A stretch of DNA of 64,000 nt, taken from NCBI GenBank assembly GCA_044449065.1, contig JBIOHP010000005.1, positions 107,374-171,373 on the forward strand, in the 5' to 3' direction. The notes under the pieces are model-generated. The model was not told the DNA's origin and did no database searches. It saw only the letters and a list, made by a program, of their open reading frames with translations. Position numbers and translations under genes: made by a program. Source of the stretch: Bacteroidota bacterium (lineage in GTDB: Bacteria; Bacteroidota; Ignavibacteria; UBA10030; SZUA-254). Below are positions 18,477 through 28,145 of the stretch, one piece after another (the stretch's first letter is position 1; every line of letters starts with the position of its first letter).

Positions 18477-19631
18477 ATGAATAACCCCGGAGTTGCATCC
18501 CCGTTTAAAGCTCCCGTGCAGGAGTTGCTTCAATCCGCCGACATTCAAATCGAAGGTTCCCGTCCGTGGGATATCCAGGTAACCAATATTGGATTCTATG
18601 GAAGGGTGATCCGGGAACTGGCTCTTGGTTTGGGCGAATCGTACATGGACGGATGGTGGGATTGCGAGCATCTCGATCAGTTCTTTTACCGGCTGCTATC
18701 CGCTAACCTGCAGGAAAAAGCCGGCAAGAATAAAAAGATGATTGCGTTCAATCTCCTTTCCCGGCTCACGAATTTGCAGACGCCGCCTCGTTTACGAAAG
18801 AGCGTCGGTGTGTCCTATGAGCGGGGCGTGGAGCTTTATGCCGCCTTTCTGGATCCCTTTTATCAATACTCATGCGCCTATTTTAAGAACACCGACGACC
18901 TTGCAACAGCCCAGAAGCAAAAGATGGATCTGATCTGCAGGAAACTGCGCCTGGAAGCGAGTGATCAGGTTCTTGATATCGGCTGCGGATGGGGCGGGCT
19001 CGCAAAATTCATCGCGGAAAAGGTCGGCTGCAAGGTTACCGGCATCAACATTGCGCAGGAGCAAATCGCGTTCGCCCGCGATTTTTGCCGGGGGACGAAT
19101 GTTGAAATACTCGAGCTCGATTACCGTAACCTACTACAGGAAGAGTTTCAAAAAAAATTTAATAAGATTGTGAGCGTCGGAATGATAGAACATGTCGGCT
19201 ATAAGAACCACCGCGTGTATATGCAAGCCGTGAATAATTGTCTGAAACACGACGGCATGTTCCTGCTCCAAACGATTGGAAGCAACATTTCTGCAAAAGC
19301 TGCAGATAAAAATCTTTGGATCGAAAAATATATTTTCCCCAATGCTATAGTGCCATCGATACCGCAACTCGCCTCCGCCTCGGAAGGTCTTTTTATCATT
19401 GACGACATCCATAGTTTTGGGTCATACTACGACTTGACACTGATGGCATGGGCTAACAACTTTGAAAACAATTGGGCAAATCTTCGTTCGCATTACGATG
19501 AACGATTTCACAGGATGTGGAGGTATTTTCTGTTATCATGCGCCGGAGCGATGCGTGCGGGTTATAACCAGCTCTGGCAAATTGTGTTCAGGAAAATCGG
19601 CACACAGGGCTTGTACGAACCGGAACGATAA
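18477..19631 (+). CDS. cfa: cyclopropane-fatty-acyl-phospholipid synthase family protein
   Basis: VLDIGCGWGGLAKFIAEKVGCKVTGINIAQEQIAFAR and downstream CFA synthase motifs, 384 aa. Confidence 0.85.
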   Translation: MNNPGVASPFKAPVQELLQSADIQIEGSRPWDIQVTNIGFYGRVIRELALGLGESYMDGWWDCEHLDQFFYRLLSANLQEKAGKNKKMIAFNLLSRLTNLQTPPRLRKSVGVSYERGVELYAAFLDPFYQYSCAYFKNTDDLATAQKQKMDLICRKLRLEASDQVLDIGCGWGGLAKFIAEKVGCKVTGINIAQEQIAFARDFCRGTNVEILELDYRNLLQEEFQKKFNKIVSVGMIEHVGYKNHRVYMQAVNNCLKHDGMFLLQTIGSNISAKAADKNLWIEKYIFPNAIVPSIPQLASASEGLFIIDDIHSFGSYYDLTLMAWANNFENNWANLRSHYDERFHRMWRYFLLSCAGAMRAGYNQLWQIVFRKIGTQGLYEPER

Positions 19632-19644
19632 ACAGCGTCTAAAT

Positions 19645-19672
19645 AAAAGGGCGCTCATTGAGCGCCCTTTTG
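19645..19672. terminator. bidirectional rho-independent terminator between convergent genes
   Basis: AAAAGGGCGCTCA-TTGAGCGCCCTTTT is a perfect GC-rich stem flanked by A and T runs. It sits between cfa (+) and the T9SS protein gene (-). Confidence 0.75.
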
Positions 19673-19710
19673 TATTACTTCCCTTCGAATTCTGCTCGAG
19701 ATATTTGATA

Positions 19711-21672
19711 CTATTTGATTAAAAGCATTTTCTGCGTTTGTGTAAACGCTTTGGTCGGATCAGAAGCGCTGACAGCGTTGAGGCGGTAATAATAGACGCC
19801 GCTTGCGACTCCGCCGGCATTCCAGCTTGCAGATTTTACTCCCGCGCCCTGCATCCCATTTACCAACGTTGTGACTTCCTGACCGAGTGCGTTATATATT
19901 TTTACAGTCACATAACTCGCTGTTCCCAATTGATAACTAATTACCGTTGTGGGATTGAAAGGATTGGGATAGTTTTGAGCCAACGCATATCGCGACACAA
20001 CCTGCGGATGGCTCATCACCCCGAGAACAACAGCAGGATTCAGGACAACATTAACGGACTGAACGCTGTTTACGTTATCAACGGTAATATTTCCAATTTG
20101 GGAAGTCCCGAAGTCGAGCAGTCCGCTGACTACTGTATAATTTCCGGGGGTTAATCCGTCAATCTGGAAGGAACCATCCAGATCGGTGATTGCGCCGCCG
20201 GCAATATTTCCGCTCTGGTCCGTAGCATAGACAAGAGCGCCGTCTAATACCGCTCCTGTATTGCCGGCTACACTTCCTATGACCGATAAACTATCGCGCA
20301 CATGATGGAGATTTTGAAGCTTGAAGTTGATATTTCCCACCACGCCGCTGTCAGTCACCACAACGGAATCGGCTTGCTTCCAATCGAACGTGGGCGTGCC
20401 GTCGTAACGGAAAAAGGACGGTTTATATCCCATTGACCATGCCAGAAGAATATATTTTCCGGGAATTACATTCGTGAAGCTGTAATCACCGGTTGTGGTA
20501 TCCGTGCCGACAAAATATTTCGTATGCATCCCTTTATTTCCATGCGTATTGTACGCATAGACATACGCGTTTAACGGGATGGCGCCGGAAGAATCTTTAA
20601 CGCTGCCGCTCATTCCATTTGCATAGACAGGTTTTGCGCCGAGAATGAAATTAATATCGGTAACATTCCCGGTAATTGGAATTCTATCGGCGGCGTTAAA
20701 CGTGGTTTTATTATTCCAAAATTGCGGCATCAATGAATCAATCCATGGATCGGCATAAATGACGACGGTATCGTTGGCGTTGAACATAAACTTATAGTTG
20801 CCGAGTGAATCTGTCTTTGTCCAGAATGATCCCCGTCCCCAATTGTTCCAACTGTTCGGAGGGTTAATCCAGCCATGATCTCCTCCGCCCCAGGGAGGCA
20901 GAGGTATCGGCCACCTGTGATTAATAATAAATGCAGTCATTAACGCTCGCTGCGGGTTGCCCGATCCGTCTTTCACGGAGCCCGTGAGCGAATAGAAAAC
21001 CGGAGGCGTTATCTTCTTTAGACCGATATTAAACGTAAGGGAATCATTCGCATTGAGGGTCACTTTGGTTGCCTGGAGAATCGAGGATACATTGTCGTAA
21101 AATTCTCCAACATATCCCTTCGCCCCCGAAAAGATGTAATACTGCCCTGCCCGAAGTTTAATTGTAAAGAACCCGTTGCTATCTGTCTGCGCCTGCGGCA
21201 TGAAGGGCATCATTCCAGAAGCTGGAATAAAATTGACCATACCGCCGGCAATCGGCAGTTTGGTAGAATCATCGACGAGTGTGCCGCTAATTTTCCCGAA
21301 GGTGATAACAGGCGGAATTGTTTGAACTTCAATGTTGTTCGATGAATCGCTCTCGCTATGGTTGATGAGCGCGGTGACATAATAGGAGTAGGTATTCCCA
21401 GTCTGCACAAAAAAATCGTAAAAGCTCGTATCTATCGTTGTGAATATTCTATTATAATGGTGAACTGTATCATTGAGTCCGCCATTCTTTTTATAGATAT
21501 TGAATCTCACCGAATCGCCCTTCAAAGCATAGTGCCAGGTCAGATTTATGGACGAAAAATGTCCCATACCGCCTATCGTGCCGACAAGATTCGTCGGCGG
21601 AACCGGTTGAGAAAAAGCCGGGATGCTTACCAGGAATAGAAGCGCAACAGCAACAAACATGATAAATTTCAT
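19711..21672 (-). CDS. secreted protein with carboxypeptidase-regulatory-like/Ig-like beta domains and a T9SS C-terminal sorting domain
   Basis: Signal peptide MKFIMFVAVALLFLVSIPAFSQ. C-terminal T9SS signature YALAQNYPNPFNPTTVISYQL...KIYNALGQEV. Confidence 0.75.
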   Translation of the reverse strand: MKFIMFVAVALLFLVSIPAFSQPVPPTNLVGTIGGMGHFSSINLTWHYALKGDSVRFNIYKKNGGLNDTVHHYNRIFTTIDTSFYDFFVQTGNTYSYYVTALINHSESDSSNNIEVQTIPPVITFGKISGTLVDDSTKLPIAGGMVNFIPASGMMPFMPQAQTDSNGFFTIKLRAGQYYIFSGAKGYVGEFYDNVSSILQATKVTLNANDSLTFNIGLKKITPPVFYSLTGSVKDGSGNPQRALMTAFIINHRWPIPLPPWGGGDHGWINPPNSWNNWGRGSFWTKTDSLGNYKFMFNANDTVVIYADPWIDSLMPQFWNNKTTFNAADRIPITGNVTDINFILGAKPVYANGMSGSVKDSSGAIPLNAYVYAYNTHGNKGMHTKYFVGTDTTTGDYSFTNVIPGKYILLAWSMGYKPSFFRYDGTPTFDWKQADSVVVTDSGVVGNINFKLQNLHHVRDSLSVIGSVAGNTGAVLDGALVYATDQSGNIAGGAITDLDGSFQIDGLTPGNYTVVSGLLDFGTSQIGNITVDNVNSVQSVNVVLNPAVVLGVMSHPQVVSRYALAQNYPNPFNPTTVISYQLGTASYVTVKIYNALGQEVTTLVNGMQGAGVKSASWNAGGVASGVYYYRLNAVSASDPTKAFTQTQKMLLIK

Positions 21673-22007
21673 AAGGACCTCATAGTATGTAAATAAATTT
21701 AATCAACTATTAAATATGAAAATTCGTTGGGAAAATTCAAAACGATCTCATGCGAATTATCACATCGAACACTAATATTGACACACATTTATGAAATTGG
21801 GTTTAATTTTTAAGAATTTTCAGCCCTTTATTCTTGTGATATTCGTCACATAAATTTTCGGCAAGGCATAAAGTCATGATTTTAATGAAGTAACTACGGC
21901 ATCCTTACATAATCGGGTAATTGAGATACAGCGATAAAATAACAGACGCCAAATTAAACATCTTTCGAAAATTCAATTTATCCACCACAAGTCTTTAACC
22001 GATTGCT

Positions 22008-23744
22008 TCACCTCGAAGTACCGACGTTATCCGTTCCTGCGCGAAACGAATAATACCGTGGAATCCATTGCGCCTTCTTAATAAGCATTTCAAGTTCATG
22101 GTCGCTCACTAATCTGCCCAAGCCGGAATCCCTTGCTTCTATCGCCACAGCTTTGGCAACTTGAGCGGAAACGTTTCGAATATCACCAAGATCCGGCAGA
22201 AGCATATTTTGCTTCCGCATATCCCCGGTAACCATTCCGCTGATTGCCTCGCTCGCCCTTAGAAACATCTTTGTCGTAATCTTTGCAGAATTGCTCACCA
22301 GAGCGCCCAAGCCAAGACCCGGAAAAATAAACATATTATTGCACTGTGAAGTTTTGAATTTTTTTCCACAATACTCAAAGGGCCTATACGGACTCCCGGT
22401 GGCAATTAATCCTTTCCCCTGGGTTGCGATGGCAACTTCTTCAGGTGTGCACTCCGATTTGGAGGTAGGATTGGACAAGGCAAAAATAATGGGTCGTTCG
22501 TCATTAACTGCCATCTGCTTCAATATTTCCGCATTGAAAAGTCCGGGGGTTGCTGTGCCGCCGATGAGAACCGTGGTCCGGGAATTTTGTATGATATCCA
22601 TTAATCCGATTTTATTGGGGGAATCTAATTTCCACCCCGCAACCACGGAACGTTTTTGGGCAAAGGACATCTGCGATGATGTTAATCCCGGAGTATCTTC
22701 CAATAACAATCCGGTAATATCGTATGCATAAATCTTGCTCCGTACATCTTCAACGGATAATCCTTCATTTACCAGCATGGTACGGATATTGGAAGCAATT
22801 CCGGCGCCGGCTTGCCCCATACCGACGACAAGAAAGCGTTGATCGGCGAACCGTTGGTTTTTGATTTTCATCGCTGTCATCAACGCCGCTGCGGTCACCG
22901 CGCCTGTCCCTTGAATATCATCGTTAAAGGAAAGGATTCTGTCCCGATAGCGTTCTAATAAATTAAATGCTTTGTGCTTGGCAAAATCTTCCCATTGCAA
23001 TAAGGCGTTTGGAAAATTCCGCTTTACGCCGAGAACAAATTTTTCGATGAACTCGTCGTATTCATCTCCTATCAATCGTTTGTTGCGATATCCCAGGTAG
23101 AGAGGATCGTTCAGCAGCCGATCGGTGTTCGTCCCGACGTCCAAACAGATTGGTAAGCAGCATGCGGGATGTAATCCTCCTGCCGCAACATACAGATTTA
23201 TTTTTCCGACCGGGATTCCCATGCCATCGGAACCCAGATCGCCGAGACCGAGAATCCTCTCGCCGTCCGTAACAACGATCAAATTCACCTGTGGCAGCGA
23301 TACATCCTGAAATATTTTATCGATGTTGGCAATATTATCCGGACTAATATAAATCCCGCGAAACTCGCGCGTAATATGGCTCAACATCATGCACGCTTTG
23401 CCAACCGTTGGCGTATAGACAATAGGAAGCATCTCGATGAGATTATCGGCAAGAAGACTATAAAAAAGGGTTTCGTTTCTGTTAAGCAAACTTTGAAGAA
23501 AAATATATTTTTCGATGTCGTCCTGTTTGCGTATGAACATTTCGTAACTGCGCTGCCGTTGCACCACGATATCGGAGATATTGGAGCGGAGTAACCCGCT
23601 TAAACCGAGGTTATGGCGTTCTTCCTGGCTGAAGGCGGACGCTTTGTTCAGAAAAGGATCATTCAGGAGCTGTTGACCGCGCGTGTAGACTTCAAAATAT
23701 TCTTCGCAGGTCAGGGGATCAATTTTTAAGGAAAAGGTTTTCAT
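22008..23744 (-). CDS. NAD(P)-dependent malic enzyme
   Basis: Malic enzyme signatures FNDDIQGTGAV and VVGMGQAGAGIA, 578 aa. Confidence 0.88.
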   Translation of the reverse strand: MKTFSLKIDPLTCEEYFEVYTRGQQLLNDPFLNKASAFSQEERHNLGLSGLLRSNISDIVVQRQRSYEMFIRKQDDIEKYIFLQSLLNRNETLFYSLLADNLIEMLPIVYTPTVGKACMMLSHITREFRGIYISPDNIANIDKIFQDVSLPQVNLIVVTDGERILGLGDLGSDGMGIPVGKINLYVAAGGLHPACCLPICLDVGTNTDRLLNDPLYLGYRNKRLIGDEYDEFIEKFVLGVKRNFPNALLQWEDFAKHKAFNLLERYRDRILSFNDDIQGTGAVTAAALMTAMKIKNQRFADQRFLVVGMGQAGAGIASNIRTMLVNEGLSVEDVRSKIYAYDITGLLLEDTPGLTSSQMSFAQKRSVVAGWKLDSPNKIGLMDIIQNSRTTVLIGGTATPGLFNAEILKQMAVNDERPIIFALSNPTSKSECTPEEVAIATQGKGLIATGSPYRPFEYCGKKFKTSQCNNMFIFPGLGLGALVSNSAKITTKMFLRASEAISGMVTGDMRKQNMLLPDLGDIRNVSAQVAKAVAIEARDSGLGRLVSDHELEMLIKKAQWIPRYYSFRAGTDNVGTSR

Positions 23745-23949
23745 AGGTAGTGTTGAATGTGATGATAAATTTAAGTCAGGGTTAAAATAATATTAATTTA
23801 CGAATTTTTTAAGCTACGTTCAACATGAACGATACTTCGTCCCGCTACACAAGGCGGAACCAGGAAATGCTTCATCAAAATTAAAAAGCCGACCCAAAGT
23901 TTGAGTCGGCTTTCTTGTTGTCTTATTGATCTACTCTATACTATACTAC

Positions 23950-26900
23950 TTATTTCATTACTATGAATTTCTTAACATCCGAAAAATTATTTGCCTGCAA
24001 CCGATAGAAGTATACGCCGCTGGGCAGGTTGGTTGCGTTAAACGATACCGATTTGTATCCCTCATTTTGAAATTCGTTTACCAATGTCGCTACTTTTTGA
24101 CCCAGGAGATTAAAGATGCTCAGATTTACCCTGCTCTCTTTCGGCAACTGATATTGTATAATCGTTGCCGGGTTAAATGGATTGGGATAGTTTTGCTGCA
24201 ATGCATAATCTTTTGGCACCGATGCTTTTGTTGTAGTCATGGGTTTTACGAGAGATCCACCAGGATTCGTATTAGCTCCAGCGACCGAGAGCATATCTGA
24301 TAGATGTTGAATGACTCTGGGATTAAATCTGCCAATATCGGGCGTAAGATCGCTCAATGCCTGAACGGCTTCCGATAAATTTCCCTGCGAGTAGAGTGCA
24401 ATGATTTTCTGTGTTTTACAATATGTCCACAGATCGTTATTGGATGTATTGGAGGCAATATCATCCGCGAGTGACGCCGCATTGAGATAATCTTTCTTAT
24501 TCATTTTCTCTTGAATGCGGAACGATGAAATTAGCGATTTATATTTTCCCGGACGGGCCGCTCCTTCCAGATGATTCAGAAAATCTTCCCAGGGAACGCT
24601 GATTAAAGATTCATACCGCTTACCGGGACCGGCAAGCTCTGATAATTCATGGAGGGCGATAGACGCAGAATCTGGACTGTGTTTAACCAGGTACTTCAGA
24701 TATTTTAAATATTTTACCGTATCATTGTCAGATCTGCCGCCGTTAATGGTAGGTGATTCACTACCGGGGTTGATATGAGTATACGCAGTTTGACCAGGTG
24801 TATAAACCGAACTGCACAGGGGATACGATACATTAACCGGACCGGATAAGGCGCCTGAGGGGGGTGCGCACGGCAGTATTGTATTTCCCCAATATGTGTT
24901 ATTAGCATAAATTCCCAAATTTGTCGCATCGTTAACAAAATAGCCGGAAAAACTGTAACCGGTGTTATAAATATTATTATACCCGCCATTCTTTATTTCA
25001 GGAATCGGTACCCACACGCAGGGATTCATATTGAAAAGACTCAATTGATCCATTTCGCCATCGCATTGCCAGTAACCTCCTGCCGGGATATAATGACCAA
25101 TCAATATTTGACCGCTTTCGTGAACATTTATTTCACCGGCGTTTTGAAACAGAGTGTTGTTACCCGCAGCAAATCCATCCGGGGAAAGGTATGCGATGCT
25201 GTTGATTCCGGAGATATCAATACCATTCCCGTAATTATATTGAATACGCGAATTTCCCATGAAGAGAATAGAATTACACATTGAAATTCCGGGACCGGCG
25301 TTTCCCGTTCCGTTGCTATCGATCTTGGATTGATAAATATCCGCTCTGGCAGATATTAGAGATAATCCTTCCTGCCTGTTTTTTGATATTAGGGAGTACC
25401 GGATGTTTGCGGCGGAATTATTTACATCATTGTTTGATATATCAATTCCCTGTTGGCTGCAATTTTTTATCGTACAGTATTCAATAATTGATTGACCATC
25501 CGGATTCATTAGCCATAATCCCTTTGTTCCATATTGGATATCACAATAGGAGAAGGTATGAGGTCCACTCTTATCTCGGAGTAATATATTATACCAATCC
25601 CCGGGGGCAGGTGATGAATTAGCAGAAGTGAATGTGATATGTTGACTTGAAGTACCGGTTGCGTTCAGAGTGCCATCAACTAATATTGAAGCATTATGAC
25701 CGATTTTTACTACTGAACCTGATTCGATAGTTAAATTCGTATATTGTTGTACAGTTAAGCCATTATTCAATATTATGTTTCCACCTTTAATTGAAACCCA
25801 ACCCCATGCAAATGGATCATCTCCTATCTGAAGATCACCATTTACATTGAAAGTGTTGCCGTTGTCTATGAATAATCCTGAAGAGTACGTGCCCCCATAC
25901 ATCATAAAAAGTGTGCCACCCGGAACTATAAATTGGTTAGCACTTGATAACACACAGTTCCCCACAAGTTGGAACTGTAAAAATATATTATTATCAAGAC
26001 CGGAAATATCCGGCATGATATCGTTTGGTAAATCGGTGCCTTGTACTATAATATCACTTTCGTTATCCTTGAAATGGTTTCCTTGAATGATGTGGTTCCA
26101 ATGTCCATTAACATCATTTTCTATGAGATATAAACCATGAGTCGCGTTCTGGATAATCGAATTTCTTATTATTAGACTATCGTTTTGATTATGATACGAA
26201 GCAGCAATTCCTGACCAATGCTCACGGTAATTTCCATACCCAATACCCTCAAATTTTATACTATCATTGATACCATTCCCTCCGGCTGAGACAAATTTAC
26301 CACTACTTAACGAGATTGATGCGTCTTTAATGATATCCCATGTAGAACCCGGGCTGATATTAATATTTTTCGGTAAGTCAAAAGTTAGCGAACCATTGAC
26401 GAAGACATTCCCCGAAAGTATTCCATCTGGTACTTCATTAGCAGAAGAGAAAAAATAATTATATAATGGTGGAGCGTTAATTTGATAATTTACGTTAAAT
26501 GATACTTTGTGATCATTCGGATTTACTGAAAATGCGTTTAATGAAATACCGGTCATTAAACTATCTATAGAATTGGTATTTGGATCGCTGTTCTGATTAA
26601 GATCCGTACCGTGCTGGGGATAAAAATCGTTTGGATCACCGGGTGTGTACCTGATTCTCGGATAATTTTTCACCGTTAATATTAGATTCTTAAGTGCCTC
26701 ATTGCCTAATCTTCCGGTTCCAAAATAGTAACTTGCTGAATCCCAGTTTAATGCTGAAAAACTTGAATAATGCCAGATTAAAGCTCCTCCCGTGAATCCT
26801 TGAGGTGGATTGATTCCACCGGCAAATCTATTAAATCCTTCGCGCTGCCGATTTTCTACAACAAAATATTCGCTATGTTGGTAATTATTATTTCTTCCTG

Positions 26901-28056
26901 CATCCCCATAGACCGTGATAAGAGCCACCGTATTCACGCCGGAGACTGGCACGGCGTCAAGAGGAGCCAAGGAGATATTTGTTGTGTTTGCATTAATACG
27001 AACAATTGATGCTTGCGGAATCCAACCTGCCCATAATTTATGAATTGGATTGGTATGGGGAGGACAAATGTGATATATCGGTTGAAGACTGCCCCAATGC
27101 ATTATTTCGTACGAGCCACCTTGGATATGAGTAAAGCCCATTAAGTGACCGTATTCATGACAATACCCAAAGAGTGGGGAGAGTATACTGGTCGAATAAG
27201 TCGCTCTACTTTCTTTCTCAGAGAAGACAATATATGTGCCAGGCACGTCGTCCGCATATCCCCCAAAATGCGCATAGGTATAATCAAAACCTCCGGCGCC
27301 TATGATTACTATCTTTCCTATATGGTTATTCTTGAAAGAATCTATATCAAAATCGATATATTCAGGGTTACCAACAGTATGCAATGCTCTCAACTTTGCA
27401 ATGACATCCCCGTACGGATTGTTATTTTCATAGGTGGATCGTGAGTTAGGTAAATTTATCCAATGTATATAATGTTTGCCGCCTATATTATCAATATTGT
27501 TGACTATTCCTGTATGGTATTTATCCGAACCGCCATTGTGTGTGGGGTATGGTGTGATAATGTGATTTCCATAGCTTACCTCCTTCCAGTACTCCTTAAC
27601 GCTCCCATACAATGTCATGTCCATAGTAATTGGTCTTCCATATTCATCAGAGCCGGCATTTCCTTGATGGCTAAGCCAATCAGGGTTCCGCTGACCAACC
27701 CAGGTATTATCCGAAAAAAATTGATCCCAATAATCTTCATAAACATATTTACGAATTTCCATAAACATATTGCCCAGACTGTCTTTTTCCCATCCGAGAC
27801 TTCCCACTGAGTTCGCGCTGACATTATTCGCAGGATCATTAATCTCTACGATAGTGCTCGGCGGTTGTCCGGAGGGCAATCTGCCATCCGAAAAATCTAC
27901 ATAGACAAGGACGAGATTGGGATTAGGGTCGTAAGTAAAGTTTGTTTTGCTCATTTGTTGGGTGAAATCCATACGGCAGAAGCCATCGATACCGGCTGAG
28001 AGGCAAAACCACTGCAGAAGAAGGATGCAGACGGATATTGAAACAATGTATCGCAT
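23950..28056 (-). CDS. giant T9SS cargo protein: N-terminal metzincin-type zinc metalloprotease domain, parallel beta-helix repeats, C-terminal T9SS sorting domain
   Basis: Signal peptide. The HEYGHLMGFTH motif fits the HExxHxxGxxH pattern. The central region is Asn/Gly/Ser-rich and beta-helix-like. The C-terminus reads YALQQNYPNPFNPATIIQYQL...IFNLLGQKV. Confidence 0.75.
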   Translation of the reverse strand: MRYIVSISVCILLLQWFCLSAGIDGFCRMDFTQQMSKTNFTYDPNPNLVLVYVDFSDGRLPSGQPPSTIVEINDPANNVSANSVGSLGWEKDSLGNMFMEIRKYVYEDYWDQFFSDNTWVGQRNPDWLSHQGNAGSDEYGRPITMDMTLYGSVKEYWKEVSYGNHIITPYPTHNGGSDKYHTGIVNNIDNIGGKHYIHWINLPNSRSTYENNNPYGDVIAKLRALHTVGNPEYIDFDIDSFKNNHIGKIVIIGAGGFDYTYAHFGGYADDVPGTYIVFSEKESRATYSTSILSPLFGYCHEYGHLMGFTHIQGGSYEIMHWGSLQPIYHICPPHTNPIHKLWAGWIPQASIVRINANTTNISLAPLDAVPVSGVNTVALITVYGDAGRNNNYQHSEYFVVENRQREGFNRFAGGINPPQGFTGGALIWHYSSFSALNWDSASYYFGTGRLGNEALKNLILTVKNYPRIRYTPGDPNDFYPQHGTDLNQNSDPNTNSIDSLMTGISLNAFSVNPNDHKVSFNVNYQINAPPLYNYFFSSANEVPDGILSGNVFVNGSLTFDLPKNINISPGSTWDIIKDASISLSSGKFVSAGGNGINDSIKFEGIGYGNYREHWSGIAASYHNQNDSLIIRNSIIQNATHGLYLIENDVNGHWNHIIQGNHFKDNESDIIVQGTDLPNDIMPDISGLDNNIFLQFQLVGNCVLSSANQFIVPGGTLFMMYGGTYSSGLFIDNGNTFNVNGDLQIGDDPFAWGWVSIKGGNIILNNGLTVQQYTNLTIESGSVVKIGHNASILVDGTLNATGTSSQHITFTSANSSPAPGDWYNILLRDKSGPHTFSYCDIQYGTKGLWLMNPDGQSIIEYCTIKNCSQQGIDISNNDVNNSAANIRYSLISKNRQEGLSLISARADIYQSKIDSNGTGNAGPGISMCNSILFMGNSRIQYNYGNGIDISGINSIAYLSPDGFAAGNNTLFQNAGEINVHESGQILIGHYIPAGGYWQCDGEMDQLSLFNMNPCVWVPIPEIKNGGYNNIYNTGYSFSGYFVNDATNLGIYANNTYWGNTILPCAPPSGALSGPVNVSYPLCSSVYTPGQTAYTHINPGSESPTINGGRSDNDTVKYLKYLKYLVKHSPDSASIALHELSELAGPGKRYESLISVPWEDFLNHLEGAARPGKYKSLISSFRIQEKMNKKDYLNAASLADDIASNTSNNDLWTYCKTQKIIALYSQGNLSEAVQALSDLTPDIGRFNPRVIQHLSDMLSVAGANTNPGGSLVKPMTTTKASVPKDYALQQNYPNPFNPATIIQYQLPKESRVNLSIFNLLGQKVATLVNEFQNEGYKSVSFNATNLPSGVYFYRLQANNFSDVKKFIVMK

Positions 28057-28145
28057 GATAATCTCCTAAATTGTATGTGATATTATTGAATTGAATGAAC
28101 TGAAGCTATTGCAATCTTACCGAATAGTAGTTTTAATTTTTCTCC

